Shown here: positions 19,445 through 29,225 of the stretch, in pieces
How the letters are laid out: every line of letters starts with the position of its first letter
Numbering within the stretch: position 1 is the first letter of the stretch
Assembly (NCBI GenBank): GCA_965205095.1
Contig: OZ242040.1
Location: 1,607,787-1,671,786 of the forward strand
Source of the DNA: Candidatus Multivorans sp.
GTDB taxonomy: Bacteria; Acidobacteriota; Thermoanaerobaculia; Multivoradales; Multivoraceae
Direction of reading: 5' to 3'
Length of the DNA stretch: 64,000 nt
Notes under the pieces: model-generated
What the model was told of the DNA's origin: nothing
Seen by the model: the letters and a program-made list of their open reading frames with translations, nothing else
The model's database searches: none
Made by a program: the position numbers and the translations under genes

Positions 19445-19879
19445 GCCGGCAGCTCGTACTGCCCAGAACCGAGGCAGAGGCGCAGCTCGGTCTTGGGGCG
19501 TGGAGGCGTCCCGTGACCGAAGGCCTGCCGGATCATTCAGCCGCCGGCACGGACTTGCGGTCGGCTCCGGCTGTCGCGTCAAGTTCGGCCGACGAGCCTC
19601 GCGTTGGCGCCAGCGCGGCCGACATCTCCATCAGCCGGTCCAGCGTGAAGCGCCCGAGATCGGCATTGCGGACGCGGAAGAAATCCGCCGCAGCGAACCC
19701 GGTGAGACTCGCCGCCTCGTGAGCAGCGAGACGACGGTCGTCCAACACCGCGATGATTCGCGCAGCAAGGACAGCCTTGGCCTGCTTCAGGTCCGCCTAG
19801 GGGTCGCCGAAGTCCCGGAAGACGTTCCCGCTGCCGTGAACGAGTTCGGATTCTCTGTAGGTGACCATCGGCACGGGCA

Positions 19880-20296
19880 TCACGCCGCCGTCAGACGCAC
19901 CCGTTCCCCGTCCAGTTCGAGCGTGGTCTTGGAGTAGGTCAGCTTCTGAACGATCTTGCCGTCCCTGAAGTGCAGAATATCGAGGCCGCGCCTCGCTTCA
20001 TGCTTGTCTCCCTGGCCCTTCTCGAACGAGGGCGAGTCGAGCTGCCAGCGGAAGAGCATCTTCTGCTCGACTTCGTCGATGAAGGTCTCTTCGGTCGTGA
20101 ACTTGAAGTCTCCATGATTGGCGAACCACGGCGCCCATGCCTCACGGAGACTCTCCTTTCCACGGACCGAGCCCCCGTTCCAGTTCTCGAAGTAGATCTC
20201 GTCGTGAAACAGGTCCATCACGCCGTCGAGGTCGTGCTCGTTCCAGGCAGCGCCCCATCTGGCGAACGCGCTGGCCATCTCGTCTCGTGTCAGCAT
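19880..20296 (-). CDS. SnoaL-like / NTF2-fold protein
   Basis: AWNEHDLDGVMDLFHDEIYFENW is a typical SnoaL_2/DUF4440 N-terminus. Confidence 0.65.
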   Translation of the reverse strand: MLTRDEMASAFARWGAAWNEHDLDGVMDLFHDEIYFENWNGGSVRGKESLREAWAPWFANHGDFKFTTEETFIDEVEQKMLFRWQLDSPSFEKGQGDKHEARRGLDILHFRDGKIVQKLTYSKTTLELDGERVRLTAA

Positions 20297-20299
20297 GGT

Positions 20300-20395
20300 C
20301 TTCCTCCTTGGTGACGGCACAGAGAAGCAAGGGCTGCCCAGAAGGGCAGCCCTTGAGCCGACAGCACGCTGCCGGCGGGTATCTGTCGGAGACTA
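20300..20395. repeat. Approximately 95-bp duplicated segment with a hairpin (GGGCTGCCC-AGAA-GGGCAGCCC). The second copy is at 28985-29075.
   Basis: Near-identical strings seen at both places, each at the 5' side of a minus-strand gene. Confidence 0.7.
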
Positions 20396-20438
20396 TACGC
20401 GCAGAGCCCCAAGAGCCCTAGGTACGCCGCGATGGAAG

Positions 20439-20708
20439 TCAGCCTCTAACAAGAACGGGGGCCACCAGGGTGTCTTCTCGAGTTCCGCTCTTCCGCACCA
20501 ATGCTCCGCCCTTGATGCCCTTGGCGTAGACGGCGCGTATGGCCTCGTCGCAGCTTGGGTAGGCACCGATGACCTGCCGACCGCGAATCACCAGGTGCTG
20601 GCCCGGATACCGGCTCCTGAGCTGGTCGAAGTGCTCGTCGTAGTAGTCCCGTTCCTCCTTGAGCACAGTCCTCACGACGTAGTACCCCGTCGCACACTTT
20701 GGCTCCAT
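20439..20708 (-). CDS. Hypothetical small protein
   Basis: ORF with a plausible internal start. Confidence 0.35.
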   Translation of the reverse strand: MEPKCATGYYVVRTVLKEERDYYDEHFDQLRSRYPGQHLVIRGRQVIGAYPSCDEAIRAVYAKGIKGGALVRKSGTREDTLVAPVLVRG

Positions 20709-20889
20709 TGCCAACAGCGGTTGCTCTCGCACCGGATGCTACCAGCGCACTCCGGAGGCCCGGAAGCGGACGGCTACTCGCGCAACCAAGTCCTCCCCGT
20801 TGCGGTGGCGACGCCTCCGCGGTCGGCTGCCGCCGCGTTAGAATCGCCTCCGACGCGAACGGCGGGCCCATGCCCGAAGGAGGGTCACT

Positions 20890-21102
20890 ATGGAGAAGGC
20901 GGCCACGGGCTTGGCCTGGACATTGAAGGTGCAGGTGGAGGCATTCCAGGAAGACGGCGACTGGGTCGCCATCTGCCCGGCCCTGGACGTGGCCAGCCAG
21001 GGTGAAACCAGAGAGCATGCCTTCAAGATGCTCGAAGAAGCCCTGATCGGCTACTTCGAGTGCCTCTCGGAACTCCGTCAGCGGGCTCACATCTCTACAT
21101 GA
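20890..21102 (+). CDS. hicB: HicB-family antitoxin (UPF0150)
   Basis: 70 aa, YWVAICPALDVASQGETREHAFKMLEEALIGYFE. Confidence 0.7.
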   Translation: MEKAATGLAWTLKVQVEAFQEDGDWVAICPALDVASQGETREHAFKMLEEALIGYFECLSELRQRAHIST

Positions 21103-21230
21103 CCCGACCAGGGCTGAGCGGCCTCGTTGTCATCCCCATGCACAGAAGAGACCTGAAGCGGGGAACACTGGCGTCGATTCTCCGGCAGGCCGGACTGAGC
21201 CGCAGCGAGTTCATCGACCTTCTCGGCTAA
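21099..21230 (+). pseudogene. hicA: HicA-like toxin, N-terminally truncated (43 codons)
   Basis: GLVVIPMHRRDLKRGTLASILRQAGL matches the HicA C-terminal half. The start overlaps the hicB stop. No HicA-like N-terminus in any frame upstream. Confidence 0.4.
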
Positions 21231-21285
21231 GGGCGTCACTCGCAACATCCGGGCGATACCCCGGCGGGTTTATCGGCGACGGCGT

Positions 21286-21732
21286 TCAGGTAGCTCGGGT
21301 CGCCGCTCGCAACCTCCGCGTTCCGAACCAGACGCCCACGGCCCCGATCAGCGGGTTGAGCCAGAGGTACCACGCCGGCTGGCGAGCCCCTGCAGTCGCC
21401 TCCATCATCGACACGTCGTCGGGGCGCGGTCCTGCCGCCATCTCCGGCGCGACAAGGGCATTCACCACTCCGAGCACGATCACCAGGCCGATCAGGATCG
21501 TCGCGCCCTTGGCGTCGTGCGCCACCCAGGCACAGACTTGCCCGCCGATGGACGCGCCCACTAGCCCCAGTACCACCTGGACGAGTACCCAGCCGCCGGA
21601 CACCTCCCACGAACCCGGCTCGAAAGCGCGCGAGGGCCCCACCGTCAGCCACAGAAGCGAGAAGAGTGCGAATTGCACGGCGGCCATGGCGACGTAGCCG
21701 ACGATCGCGGCGAGGATGTTCCTGAGCATCAT
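21286..21732 (-). CDS. Integral membrane protein (four predicted transmembrane helices). A paralog lies at 28528-28959.
   Basis: 148 aa, about 90% identical to the ORF at 28528-28959. Confidence 0.6.
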   Translation of the reverse strand: MMLRNILAAIVGYVAMAAVQFALFSLLWLTVGPSRAFEPGSWEVSGGWVLVQVVLGLVGASIGGQVCAWVAHDAKGATILIGLVIVLGVVNALVAPEMAAGPRPDDVSMMEATAGARQPAWYLWLNPLIGAVGVWFGTRRLRAATRAT

Positions 21733-21814
21733 GTTCCTCCGAGCTCATCCAGGATAGCTCGCCTGGTCAGGTCAGCGAATCGATGCGCCGACTACTGGCA
21801 GCCAGGCGACGACG

Positions 21815-22270
21815 CTAGCGAGGGCGAACGAGCGGCCTAGGCTCACAGACGTACCCCAGCCAGAAGAGGCACAGACCGGTCGTGAGAGCCGGTCCACGGA
21901 ACTCTTCCATCCCGATTCGGGGAATGACGAAGGCGATGCCGAGCAGCCCGAGCGCCGCTCCAAGAAACACGAACGAGTACGCCAGCCAGTCCGGCACACG
22001 GTCGAGCCGGTCGAGGAAGGTCCGTGGATGCCCGGAGCCAGAACCAGGAGAGCTCCACGCCGCGACACCAAGACTGCCCAAAGCGAGAGTCAGGAGAGCG
22101 AAGCCCAGAACCAGAGCCGATTGCTCGAGAGCGGGCCGCTCTTTGGGGATCAGAAACGCGCCGACGCCATAGAACGCGTAGAACGTGACGACGCACGAAA
22201 CGACGAACCACCTGAAACGGGGGCTGTGTCCCCGGACCGGCGAAATCTCGGCTTCCTGCGACGCGCTCAT
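21815..22270 (-). CDS. Hypothetical membrane protein
   Basis: Four hydrophobic segments. Confidence 0.45.
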   Translation of the reverse strand: MSASQEAEISPVRGHSPRFRWFVVSCVVTFYAFYGVGAFLIPKERPALEQSALVLGFALLTLALGSLGVAAWSSPGSGSGHPRTFLDRLDRVPDWLAYSFVFLGAALGLLGIAFVIPRIGMEEFRGPALTTGLCLFWLGYVCEPRPLVRPR

Positions 22271-22410
22271 GGAACTCTCGGTCCATTGAGCCTACCGGAC
22301 GGCTCAACAACGTTACTCCCGTCGTCGGGACACGGTCATGCCGCCATCTCCATGCCGCCGGAGCCAGTAGTCTCGCCCATCCGCTTCGGGCGCTCCAGCG
22401 ACAAGACCCC

Positions 22411-23040
22411 ATGACCCTCGACCTCACCTTCGGAGGCCGCCTCCGCATCCCGCTCATCGCGGCGCCGATGTTCCTCGTGTCGTCGCCCGAGATGGCGCTC
22501 GCCGCCTGCTCGCGGGGCGTCATGGGCAGCTTCCCCGCCCACTCCACCCGGACCCGCGCGGTCTTCGCCGGCTCGCTCAGCACCGGCCGCGACATCGTTG
22601 CCGCCCTCGCCATGGGCGCCGACCTCGCCTACATGGGCACCCGCTTCATCCCCGTCCGCGAGTCGCTGGCCAGCGAGGACTACCGCAAGCGCCCTGTTCG
22701 GGGCGACCGCGAAGGACGTCCTCTTCACGACCGCCCTCGACGGGTTCCCGGCCAACTTCCTGGCGCCCAGCATCGAGGACGCCGGCCTGGACCTCGACGA
22801 GGTCAAGGCGACTCCACCTGGGCAGATCGTCGACCCCGGCAAGGCGCGGGGGCGCTACAAGAGGATCTTCTCCGCCGGCCAGGGTGTGGGGATGGTCAAT
22901 GAGGTGAAGCCGACGGCCGAGCTCTGCGATGAGTTGATTGCGCAGTATCGGGAGGCGCAGGTGGCGGTACGGGAGCGGCTCGGTGGCTCGGCGGTGGCGG
23001 GGGCGGCGGCGTGCCGGAGGCGGTTGGAGAGGCGGAGAGG
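22411..23040 (+). pseudogene. Nitronate monooxygenase (NMO / 2-nitropropane dioxygenase) gene remnant with an internal deletion and a frameshift
   Basis: N-terminus RIPLIAAPMFLVSSPEMALAACSRGVMGSFPA is followed directly by C-terminal NMO motifs. The rest of the C-terminal domain sits in another frame (ORF 22598-23044). Confidence 0.6.
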
Positions 23041-23173
23041 CTAGAGAGAGTCACCAAACGGGAGGGAGATTCGAGTGGCCAGGCACCACAAGCTGATCCA
23101 GAGCTACGGGCTGTTCTGGTGAGCTTGCCCCGGTTTCGTGGACACGACATCCTTTGAGTAGGAGGTATCCACG

Positions 23174-23482
23174 ATGCCAAGATCAAGACCCCGGTACCCG
23201 GCAGAGTACCGGCAGCAGATGGTGGATCTGGTCCGGTCCGGGCGCAGCCCGGACCATCTAGCCCGGGAGTTCGAGCCTTCAGCGCAGTCGATCCGCAACT
23301 GGGTGAGGCAGGCAGACCGGGACGAAGGCCGGCGCGTTGACGGCCTGACGACTGCGGAGCGGTCCGAGCTGCGGCGCCTGCGCCGCGAGGTTTGCCGGCT
23401 TCGGGAAGAGCGGGAGATACTGGCAAAAGCAACGGCCTGGTTCGCTCGGGAGACGGGACCGAAGGGGTCTTCCGGTTCATGA
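23174..23482 (+). CDS. IS3-family transposase OrfA (HTH / leucine zipper)
   Basis: 102 aa, typical IS3 OrfA. Confidence 0.85.
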   Translation: MPRSRPRYPAEYRQQMVDLVRSGRSPDHLAREFEPSAQSIRNWVRQADRDEGRRVDGLTTAERSELRRLRREVCRLREEREILAKATAWFARETGPKGSSGS

Positions 23483-24339
23483 GAGCGCACCGGGCCGAGT
23501 TCCGCGTCACGACGATGGCTCGCGTGCTCGGCGTCTCCACGAGCGGGTACTACGCCTGGTTGAAACGCCCTCGGTCCGCCAGGGACAAGGCGGACGGCGT
23601 TCTCGCCGAGCGCATTCGGGCGATTCACGGACGGAGCCGGGGTACGTATGGCGCGCCGCGGATTCAGGCCGAGTTGGCCGACGAAGGAGTCTTCGCGAGC
23701 CGCAAGCGGGTCGCCAGACTGATGCGAGAGTCCGGCTTGACAGGCGCAAGCCGCCGCAAGAAGCCGGGCACGACCCGACGTGACAGGAACGCTCGTCCGG
23801 CGCCGGACCTGGTCGACCGGAAGTTCTCGGCGGACGCCCCCGACCGGCTGTGGGTGGCGGACATCACCTACGTACCGACGCTCTCCGGCTTCTTGTATCT
23901 GGCCGTCGTCCTGGATGTGTTCAGCCGTCGTATCGTCGGCTGGGCCATGGACTCCTCCCTCGCGACGGACCTCGTCGTCGGCGCGCTTGAGATGGCGATC
24001 GCCCAGCGCCGGCCCGAGGGTGTGATCCATCACTCCGATCAAGGCAGCCAGTACACTTCACTGGCCTTCGGGAAGCGCTGCCGCGGCGCCGGCATCGCAG
24101 TCTCGATGGGTTCCGTCGGAGACTGCTACGACAACGCGATGGCCGAGAGCTTCTTCGCCAGCCTCGAATGCGAACTGCTGGATCGGAGCACGTTCCGGAA
24201 TCGCGCCGAAGCGAGGACCGAACTCTTCCGCTGGATCGAGGGCTGGTACAACCCCCATCGGCGCCACTCCGCACTCCGATACCTCTCGCCCGTCAACTTC
24301 GAGAAAGCCTGCAACGAACACTACGAAGCCGCCGCCTGA
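23392..24339 (+). CDS. IS3-family transposase OrfB (DDE integrase core), expressed by -1 frameshift fusion to OrfA
   Basis: DDE motifs (DRLWVADITYV, HSDQGSQYTS, NAMAESF). Confidence 0.85.
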   Translation: MPASGRAGDTGKSNGLVRSGDGTEGVFRFMRAHRAEFRVTTMARVLGVSTSGYYAWLKRPRSARDKADGVLAERIRAIHGRSRGTYGAPRIQAELADEGVFASRKRVARLMRESGLTGASRRKKPGTTRRDRNARPAPDLVDRKFSADAPDRLWVADITYVPTLSGFLYLAVVLDVFSRRIVGWAMDSSLATDLVVGALEMAIAQRRPEGVIHHSDQGSQYTSLAFGKRCRGAGIAVSMGSVGDCYDNAMAESFFASLECELLDRSTFRNRAEARTELFRWIEGWYNPHRRHSALRYLSPVNFEKACNEHYEAAA

Positions 24340-24915
24340 ACCCTAAACACAAACTGTCCACGAAAGCGGGGCAACTCCATGGGACCGGGACAAGGTCGAC
24401 TGGAGCAAGAACAAGGCAAAACTGCTTGGCCGGCTCAAGGCCAAGGACGAGCCCGTGGACTTTCGCGACCAGGCGGGAATCTACGCCCTCTACGACCGTG
24501 AGTTTCGCCTCCTCTACGTCGGCCAAGCTGGGAGCAGCAACAGCACCTTGTTCAGCCGCCTCAGGTACCACAACACTCTTCACGCCGGAACTCGCGGATT
24601 GGCCTCCCGCTGGCAGTACTTCTCCTGGTTCGGCCTCCTCCGCGTCCTGAAGGGAAGCCAGAAGCTGGCTGATCCGCCCAAGACTCACCAGACGAAGCGG
24701 CCAGAGATCCTCGATGCCCTGGAAGCTGTCGCTATCGAGATTGCCGACCCTGACCTCAACCGGCAGGGCGGCAGGCTGCGCGCCATTGAGGAGTACCTGC
24801 AGTGTGGAGATGACGTCGAAGAGCAGCGGGCCGAGGACGGTGGCTCTGCTGCGGGAGGAAACGAGAACGCATAGTGCCGCGCCTCTAGGGCGCGCGGGCT
24901 CCGACCCCGGCAGCG

Positions 24916-26022
24916 GTGGCGGCCATGCGAGAAGGGACGAGGAGGTCGACCGACGTGGAAGGAATCAAGATCTGGCAGCTCGATGGTTCGCGGGCCATTC
25001 CTCTGGCCTCGGCCAACCGGCTGAGGTCCGAACAGATGCTCGAAGAGGCCCTGGTCGAGAACCCGCACCTCTTGCTGGACGGGTTGACCCTGGTCGGTCG
25101 GCAGACGCCTACAGACGGCGGGCCGCTTGATCTTCTGGGACTAGACCAAGACGGCAGGTTGGCCGTCTTCGAGCTGAAGCGCGGCACACTGTCACGTGAT
25201 GCGGTCGCTCAGGTGATCGACTATGCCTCCCACCTCGACGACCTGGATCTCGAAGAGCTCGCTGGTCACATAGGCGCAGCGTCAGGTGCTCACGGCATCG
25301 ACAAGATCGAGAGCTTCGAGGACTGGTACGGCCCGCAGTTCGGTGAGCTGGAGTCCCTCAAGCCGCTGCGCCTGTTTCTGGTTGGCCTCGGTGTCGACGA
25401 TAGGACGGAGCGGATGGTGAGGTTCCTCGCCAACAACAGCGCCATGGACATCTCCCTGCTGACCTTCCACGGATTCGACCAAAGTGGAAAGAGCCTGCTG
25501 GCCAAGCAAGTGGAAGTGGAGCCAACGGACAACGCGCAACGGACTGTCAGACGCAGGCGCAGGAGCCGGCAGGAACTCCAGCAGTTGTTCGATGAGAAGC
25601 TCAGTCGATGCGGAGTCCCCGAGCTGTTCCACGAGGTCAAGGGCGTGTTCGAGACAGACTGGCCGCGAGCAAGGAAGTGGGCGAACACCTACGGACTCGC
25701 CTTCAAGCTCCAGAGACCGACGCCGTCGGGGCGGTACTCGGTTCAGTATGCGCGGGTCAGTCCCAACGAAGACGAAATAGTCATGGTCTTCTTCCCTCGT
25801 GCCATTCGCCTGTGCAGGGAGGAGTTCAGGCCCCGAGTCGAGGAAGTTCCGTACCAGACGTGGCCACCGGAGCGTGAAGCCCTGCCAGCGAACGAGGACG
25901 AACAGCCGGAGATCCAGTTCCGGCTGACGCCGGAAGTCTGGGACGACCACAAGGCGAGCCTGACCGAACTTGCCCAAACCGTCTACGAGGCTTGGGAGGA
26001 AGAGCGTGCGAATGAGCCGTAG
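24916..26022 (+). CDS. PD-(D/E)xK nuclease-fold protein (NucS/DUF91-like core) with a C-terminal domain of unknown function, paralog 1
   Basis: LDLLGLDQDGRLAVFELKRG...AVAQVIDYASHL carries the D...ExK restriction-endonuclease-like motif. Paralogs at 34868-36025 and 36131-37129. Confidence 0.6.
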   Translation: MAAMREGTRRSTDVEGIKIWQLDGSRAIPLASANRLRSEQMLEEALVENPHLLLDGLTLVGRQTPTDGGPLDLLGLDQDGRLAVFELKRGTLSRDAVAQVIDYASHLDDLDLEELAGHIGAASGAHGIDKIESFEDWYGPQFGELESLKPLRLFLVGLGVDDRTERMVRFLANNSAMDISLLTFHGFDQSGKSLLAKQVEVEPTDNAQRTVRRRRRSRQELQQLFDEKLSRCGVPELFHEVKGVFETDWPRARKWANTYGLAFKLQRPTPSGRYSVQYARVSPNEDEIVMVFFPRAIRLCREEFRPRVEEVPYQTWPPEREALPANEDEQPEIQFRLTPEVWDDHKASLTELAQTVYEAWEEERANEP

Positions 26023-26708
26023 ATGGTGATGTCCCTACAACCGGCTCCTGTCGAGGCCGGCCATGGTCATCGTCGAACACGGCGCTAGCCGCTTACAAGC
26101 CGCCTGACCGGGCACTCATCCAGCGCCGGTACCGTCCAATGCGCCGCCGGGGCTACCTTCAATGGCGTAGCCCCCCTTGTGCTACCGTCCAGCCCGTCAC
26201 CGTAGGTGCAGGCCCCGTGTCGGGTCGCCTGCCGAATACAACAGTCCCGATACATGGCTTGGGGTAGCTCCCCGGACCTGGGGCGAATAGGCCGGAATCT
26301 CTCGTGCCTGCACCAGACGGTGACAACGGCCCGACGCCAATCCCGGTGTCGCGCCTCTGGTCGGAGGAGCCGTGCGCCTGTTCGTCAACCTTGTCACCGT
26401 CACTACTCTAGCCACCTTTAGCCTTCCTCTCTCCGCGCAGTCATTCTCCGTTCATGGCGATGGAACCACGGATGTCTTTCTGCCTCGGCCACTCACAGAA
26501 GGAACTTGGGATATCGAGTTGACTAGGAACAGTCGAAACGACACCGCCTTTCTCTTCTGGCTACGGGGAACCACGCCAAGACTTGGAGCTATCTTCAGCG
26601 GCAGCCGCCGCATCACGAGAACGACTATCGCCGCGTGTTGGTGGTCTTGGTGCCACATCGTGCCCGAGTGGAGTTGCCCCGCTTTCGTGGACAGTTTGTG
26701 TTTAGGGT

Positions 26709-27656
26709 TCAGGCGGCGGCTTCGTAGTGTTCGTTGCAGGCTTTCTCGAAGTTGACGGGCGAGAGGTATCGGAGTGCGGAGTGGCGCCGATGGGGGTTGT
26801 ACCAGCCCTCGATCCAGCGGAAGAGTTCGGTCTTCGCTTCGGCGCGATTCCGGAACGTGCTCCGATCCAGCAGTTCGCATTCGAGGCTGGCGAAGAAGCT
26901 CTCGGCCATCGCGTTGTCGTAGCAGTCTCCGACGGAACCCATCGAGACTGCGATGCCGGCGCCGCGGCAGCGCTTCCCGAAGGCCAGTGAAGTGTATTGG
27001 CTGCCTTGATCGGAGTGATGGATTACACCCTCGGGCCGGCGCTGGGCGATCGCCATCTCAAGCGCGCCGACGACGAGGTCCGTCGCGAGGGAGGAGTCCA
27101 TGGCCCAGCCGACGATACGACGGCTGAACACATCCAGGACGACGGCCAGATACAAGAAGCCGGAGAGCGTCGGTACGTAGGTGATGTCCGCCACCCACAG
27201 CCGGTCGGGGGCGTCCGCCGAGAACTTCCGGTCGACCAGGTCCGGCGCCGGACGAGCGTTCCTGTCACGTCGGGTCGTGCCCGGCTTCTTGCGGCGGCTT
27301 GCGCCTGTCAAGCCGGACTCTCGCATCAGTCTGGCGACCCGCTTGCGGCTCGCGAAGACTCCTTCGTCGGCCAACTCGGCCTGAATCCGCGGCGCGCCAT
27401 ACGTACCCCGGCTCCGTCCGTGAATCGCCCGAATGCGCTCGGCGAGAACGCCGTCCGCCTTGTCCCTGGCGGACCGAGGGCGTTTCAACCAGGCGTAGTA
27501 CCCGCTCGTGGAGACGCCGAGCACGCGAGCCATCGTCGTGACGCGGAACTCGGCCCGGTGCGCTCTCATGAACCGGAAGACCCCTTCGGTCCCGTCTCCC
27601 GAGCGAACCAGGCCGTTGCTTTTGCCAGTATCTCCCGCTCTTCCCGAAGCCGGCAA
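26709..27656 (-). CDS. IS3-family transposase OrfB (copy 2)
   Basis: One amino-acid difference from copy 1 (K instead of R in AKTELF). Confidence 0.85.
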   Translation of the reverse strand: MPASGRAGDTGKSNGLVRSGDGTEGVFRFMRAHRAEFRVTTMARVLGVSTSGYYAWLKRPRSARDKADGVLAERIRAIHGRSRGTYGAPRIQAELADEGVFASRKRVARLMRESGLTGASRRKKPGTTRRDRNARPAPDLVDRKFSADAPDRLWVADITYVPTLSGFLYLAVVLDVFSRRIVGWAMDSSLATDLVVGALEMAIAQRRPEGVIHHSDQGSQYTSLAFGKRCRGAGIAVSMGSVGDCYDNAMAESFFASLECELLDRSTFRNRAEAKTELFRWIEGWYNPHRRHSALRYLSPVNFEKACNEHYEAAA

Positions 27657-27874
27657 ACCTCGCGGCGCAGGCGCCGCAGCTCGGACCGCTCCGCAGTCGT
27701 CAGGCCGTCAACGCGCCGGCCTTCGTCCCGGTCTGCCTGCCTCACCCAGTTGCGGATCGACTGCGCTGAAGGCTCGAACTCCCGGGCTAGATGGTCCGGG
27801 CTGCGCCCGGACCGGACCAGATCCACCATCTGCTGCCGGTACTCTGCCGGGTACCGGGGTCTTGATCTTGGCAT
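27566..27874 (-). CDS. IS3-family transposase OrfA (copy 2)
   Basis: Identical to the copy 1 OrfA. Confidence 0.85.
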   Translation of the reverse strand: MPRSRPRYPAEYRQQMVDLVRSGRSPDHLAREFEPSAQSIRNWVRQADRDEGRRVDGLTTAERSELRRLRREVCRLREEREILAKATAWFARETGPKGSSGS

Positions 27875-28527
27875 CGTGGATACCTCCTACTCAAAGGATG
27901 TCGTGTCCACGAAACCGGGGCAAGCTCAGAGAACCCCGGATTAGTGAGAAGCAAGCTATGGATAGAGCCGTTTCTGTTTGATGGTCGGTGGACCATAACG
28001 TTCACGAAACAGGGGAGCGACCCCGACCCTGAACCACCGCCTCCCATCTACGGCCCATGTACGCCCACCACAGACGTACTCCAGTTCACTGGAGGCTACA
28101 GCGTCCGCATGTGCTGGCAAGCGTCAGACGGGCGCACAGGACAGGCGAAAGCTGGCCTGTGGGCCTCCGGCGAGTCCGGTCTGCTCTGGTTCTTCGAGCG
28201 AGACAACGCCGAAGCACTCGTCAAAGTGCTGGACGGCTGCCCGATCAACGGATACCGATGGGTATTCGTGGCTCCAGTAACCGACCTTGGCCTATCGCTC
28301 CGCGTTACCGGACCAACCGGACAGACGTGGGACTACACCAACTCAGTGGGAGTAACCGCGCCGTCACGAAGCGATACTAACGCATTTAGATGCGCCAATG
28401 AACAACATGAGAAACGAGGTACTCTGCGGACGCAAAGACCCGGTAGCCACGTTCAAGCTGATACACCGAGACAGAAAAGAGGCGCTGGAATCCGATCAGC
28501 AACGAGACCTTAGTGAATTTCGCTCTG

Positions 28528-28959
28528 CTACTCGCGCAGTTTCCGCGTTCCAAACCACACACCCACGGCCCCAATCACCGGGATGAGCCAGACGTACCAC
28601 CCCGGCTGCCGGGCCCCTGCGGTCGCCTCCATCATCGTCACGTCGTCGGGGCGCGGCCCTGCCGCCATCTCCGGCGCGATCAGGGCATTCACCACTCCGA
28701 GCACGAGCACCAGGCCGATCAGAATCGTGGCGCCCTTGGCGTCGTGCGCCACCCAGGCACAGACCTGCCCGCCGATGTACGCGCCCACAAGGCCGAGGAC
28801 GACCTGGACGAGTACCCAGCCGCCGGATACCTCCCACGAACCCGGCTCGAAGGCGCGCGAGGGCCCCACCGTCAGCCACAGAAGCGAGAAAAGTGCGAAT
28901 TGCACGGCGGCCATGGCGACGTAGCCGACGATGGCGGCGAGGATGTTCCTGAGCATCAT
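28528..28959 (-). CDS. Integral membrane protein, paralog of 21286-21732
   Basis: Start at MMLRNIL. Confidence 0.6.
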   Translation of the reverse strand: MMLRNILAAIVGYVAMAAVQFALFSLLWLTVGPSRAFEPGSWEVSGGWVLVQVVLGLVGAYIGGQVCAWVAHDAKGATILIGLVLVLGVVNALIAPEMAAGPRPDDVTMMEATAGARQPGWYVWLIPVIGAVGVWFGTRKLRE

Positions 28960-29149
28960 GTTTCTCTCTGGGCGGGCGCTTGAGGCTGCCCCAGAGAAGC
29001 AAGGGCTGCCCAAGAAGGGCAGCCCTTGAGCCGACAGCACGCTGCCGGCGGGTATCTGTCGGAGATTCTACCTACTTGCATGCCACGCATGCTGAACGGT
29101 GCGGACAACGCATGGGCCACTCGCCGCAGCTCCGACCGGGGAGGGTCGA

Positions 29150-29225
29150 GGCGCCATCGGGCTCCGTTGCCCGCCTCGAAGCCCTCATCCTCGGCTTCGG
29201 CGACCTCACCGCTCCCGGCGGTCCG
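29150..29225 (+). other. Short fragment homologous to an internal part of the CitE-like lyase gene (matches 15005-15050)
   Basis: CGCCTCGAAGCCCTcATCCTCGGCTTCGGCGACCTC. Confidence 0.6.

Larger units (their letters stand above)
23120..24379 (+). mobile_element. IS3-family insertion sequence, copy 1 (1260 bp). About 25-bp imperfect terminal inverted repeats TGAGCTTGCCCCGGTTTCGTGGACA... / ...CA, with a 3-bp TGG target duplication.
   Basis: Ends and the target-site duplication were read directly. orfA and orfB overlap in a -1 frame at an A_AAA_G slippery motif. Confidence 0.9.
23050..24874 (+). pseudogene. GIY-YIG small protein gene interrupted by the IS3-family element (5' part 23050-23119, 3' part 24383-24874)
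   Basis: The flanks join to reconstitute the intact paralog at 34292-34855 (GRFRVARHHKLIQSYGLFW | DRDKVDWSKNKA...). Confidence 0.8.
26669..27928 (-). mobile_element. IS3-family insertion sequence, copy 2 (identical to copy 1, opposite orientation), with a 3-bp GAG target duplication
   Basis: Ends TGGAGTTGCCCC... / ...GGGGCAAGCTCA flanked by GAG on both sides. Confidence 0.9.
26372..28513 (+). pseudogene. Secreted hypothetical protein gene split by IS3 copy 2 (5' part 26372-26668 with a signal peptide, 3' part 27932-28513)
   Basis: The reading frame is continuous once the IS and one target-duplication copy are removed. The reconstructed protein is homologous to ORF 18182-19024. Confidence 0.7.

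Noticed and set aside
19533-19748. 71-aa minus-strand ORF resembling an HTH antitoxin
   Set aside because: It is weakly similar only, has no partner toxin gene and is in a region of ambiguous coding, so it is not listed as a feature.
23120-27928. Composite transposon formed by the two IS3 copies
   Set aside because: Each copy has its own, different 3-bp target duplication (TGG versus GAG) and interrupts a different gene, so they inserted independently.
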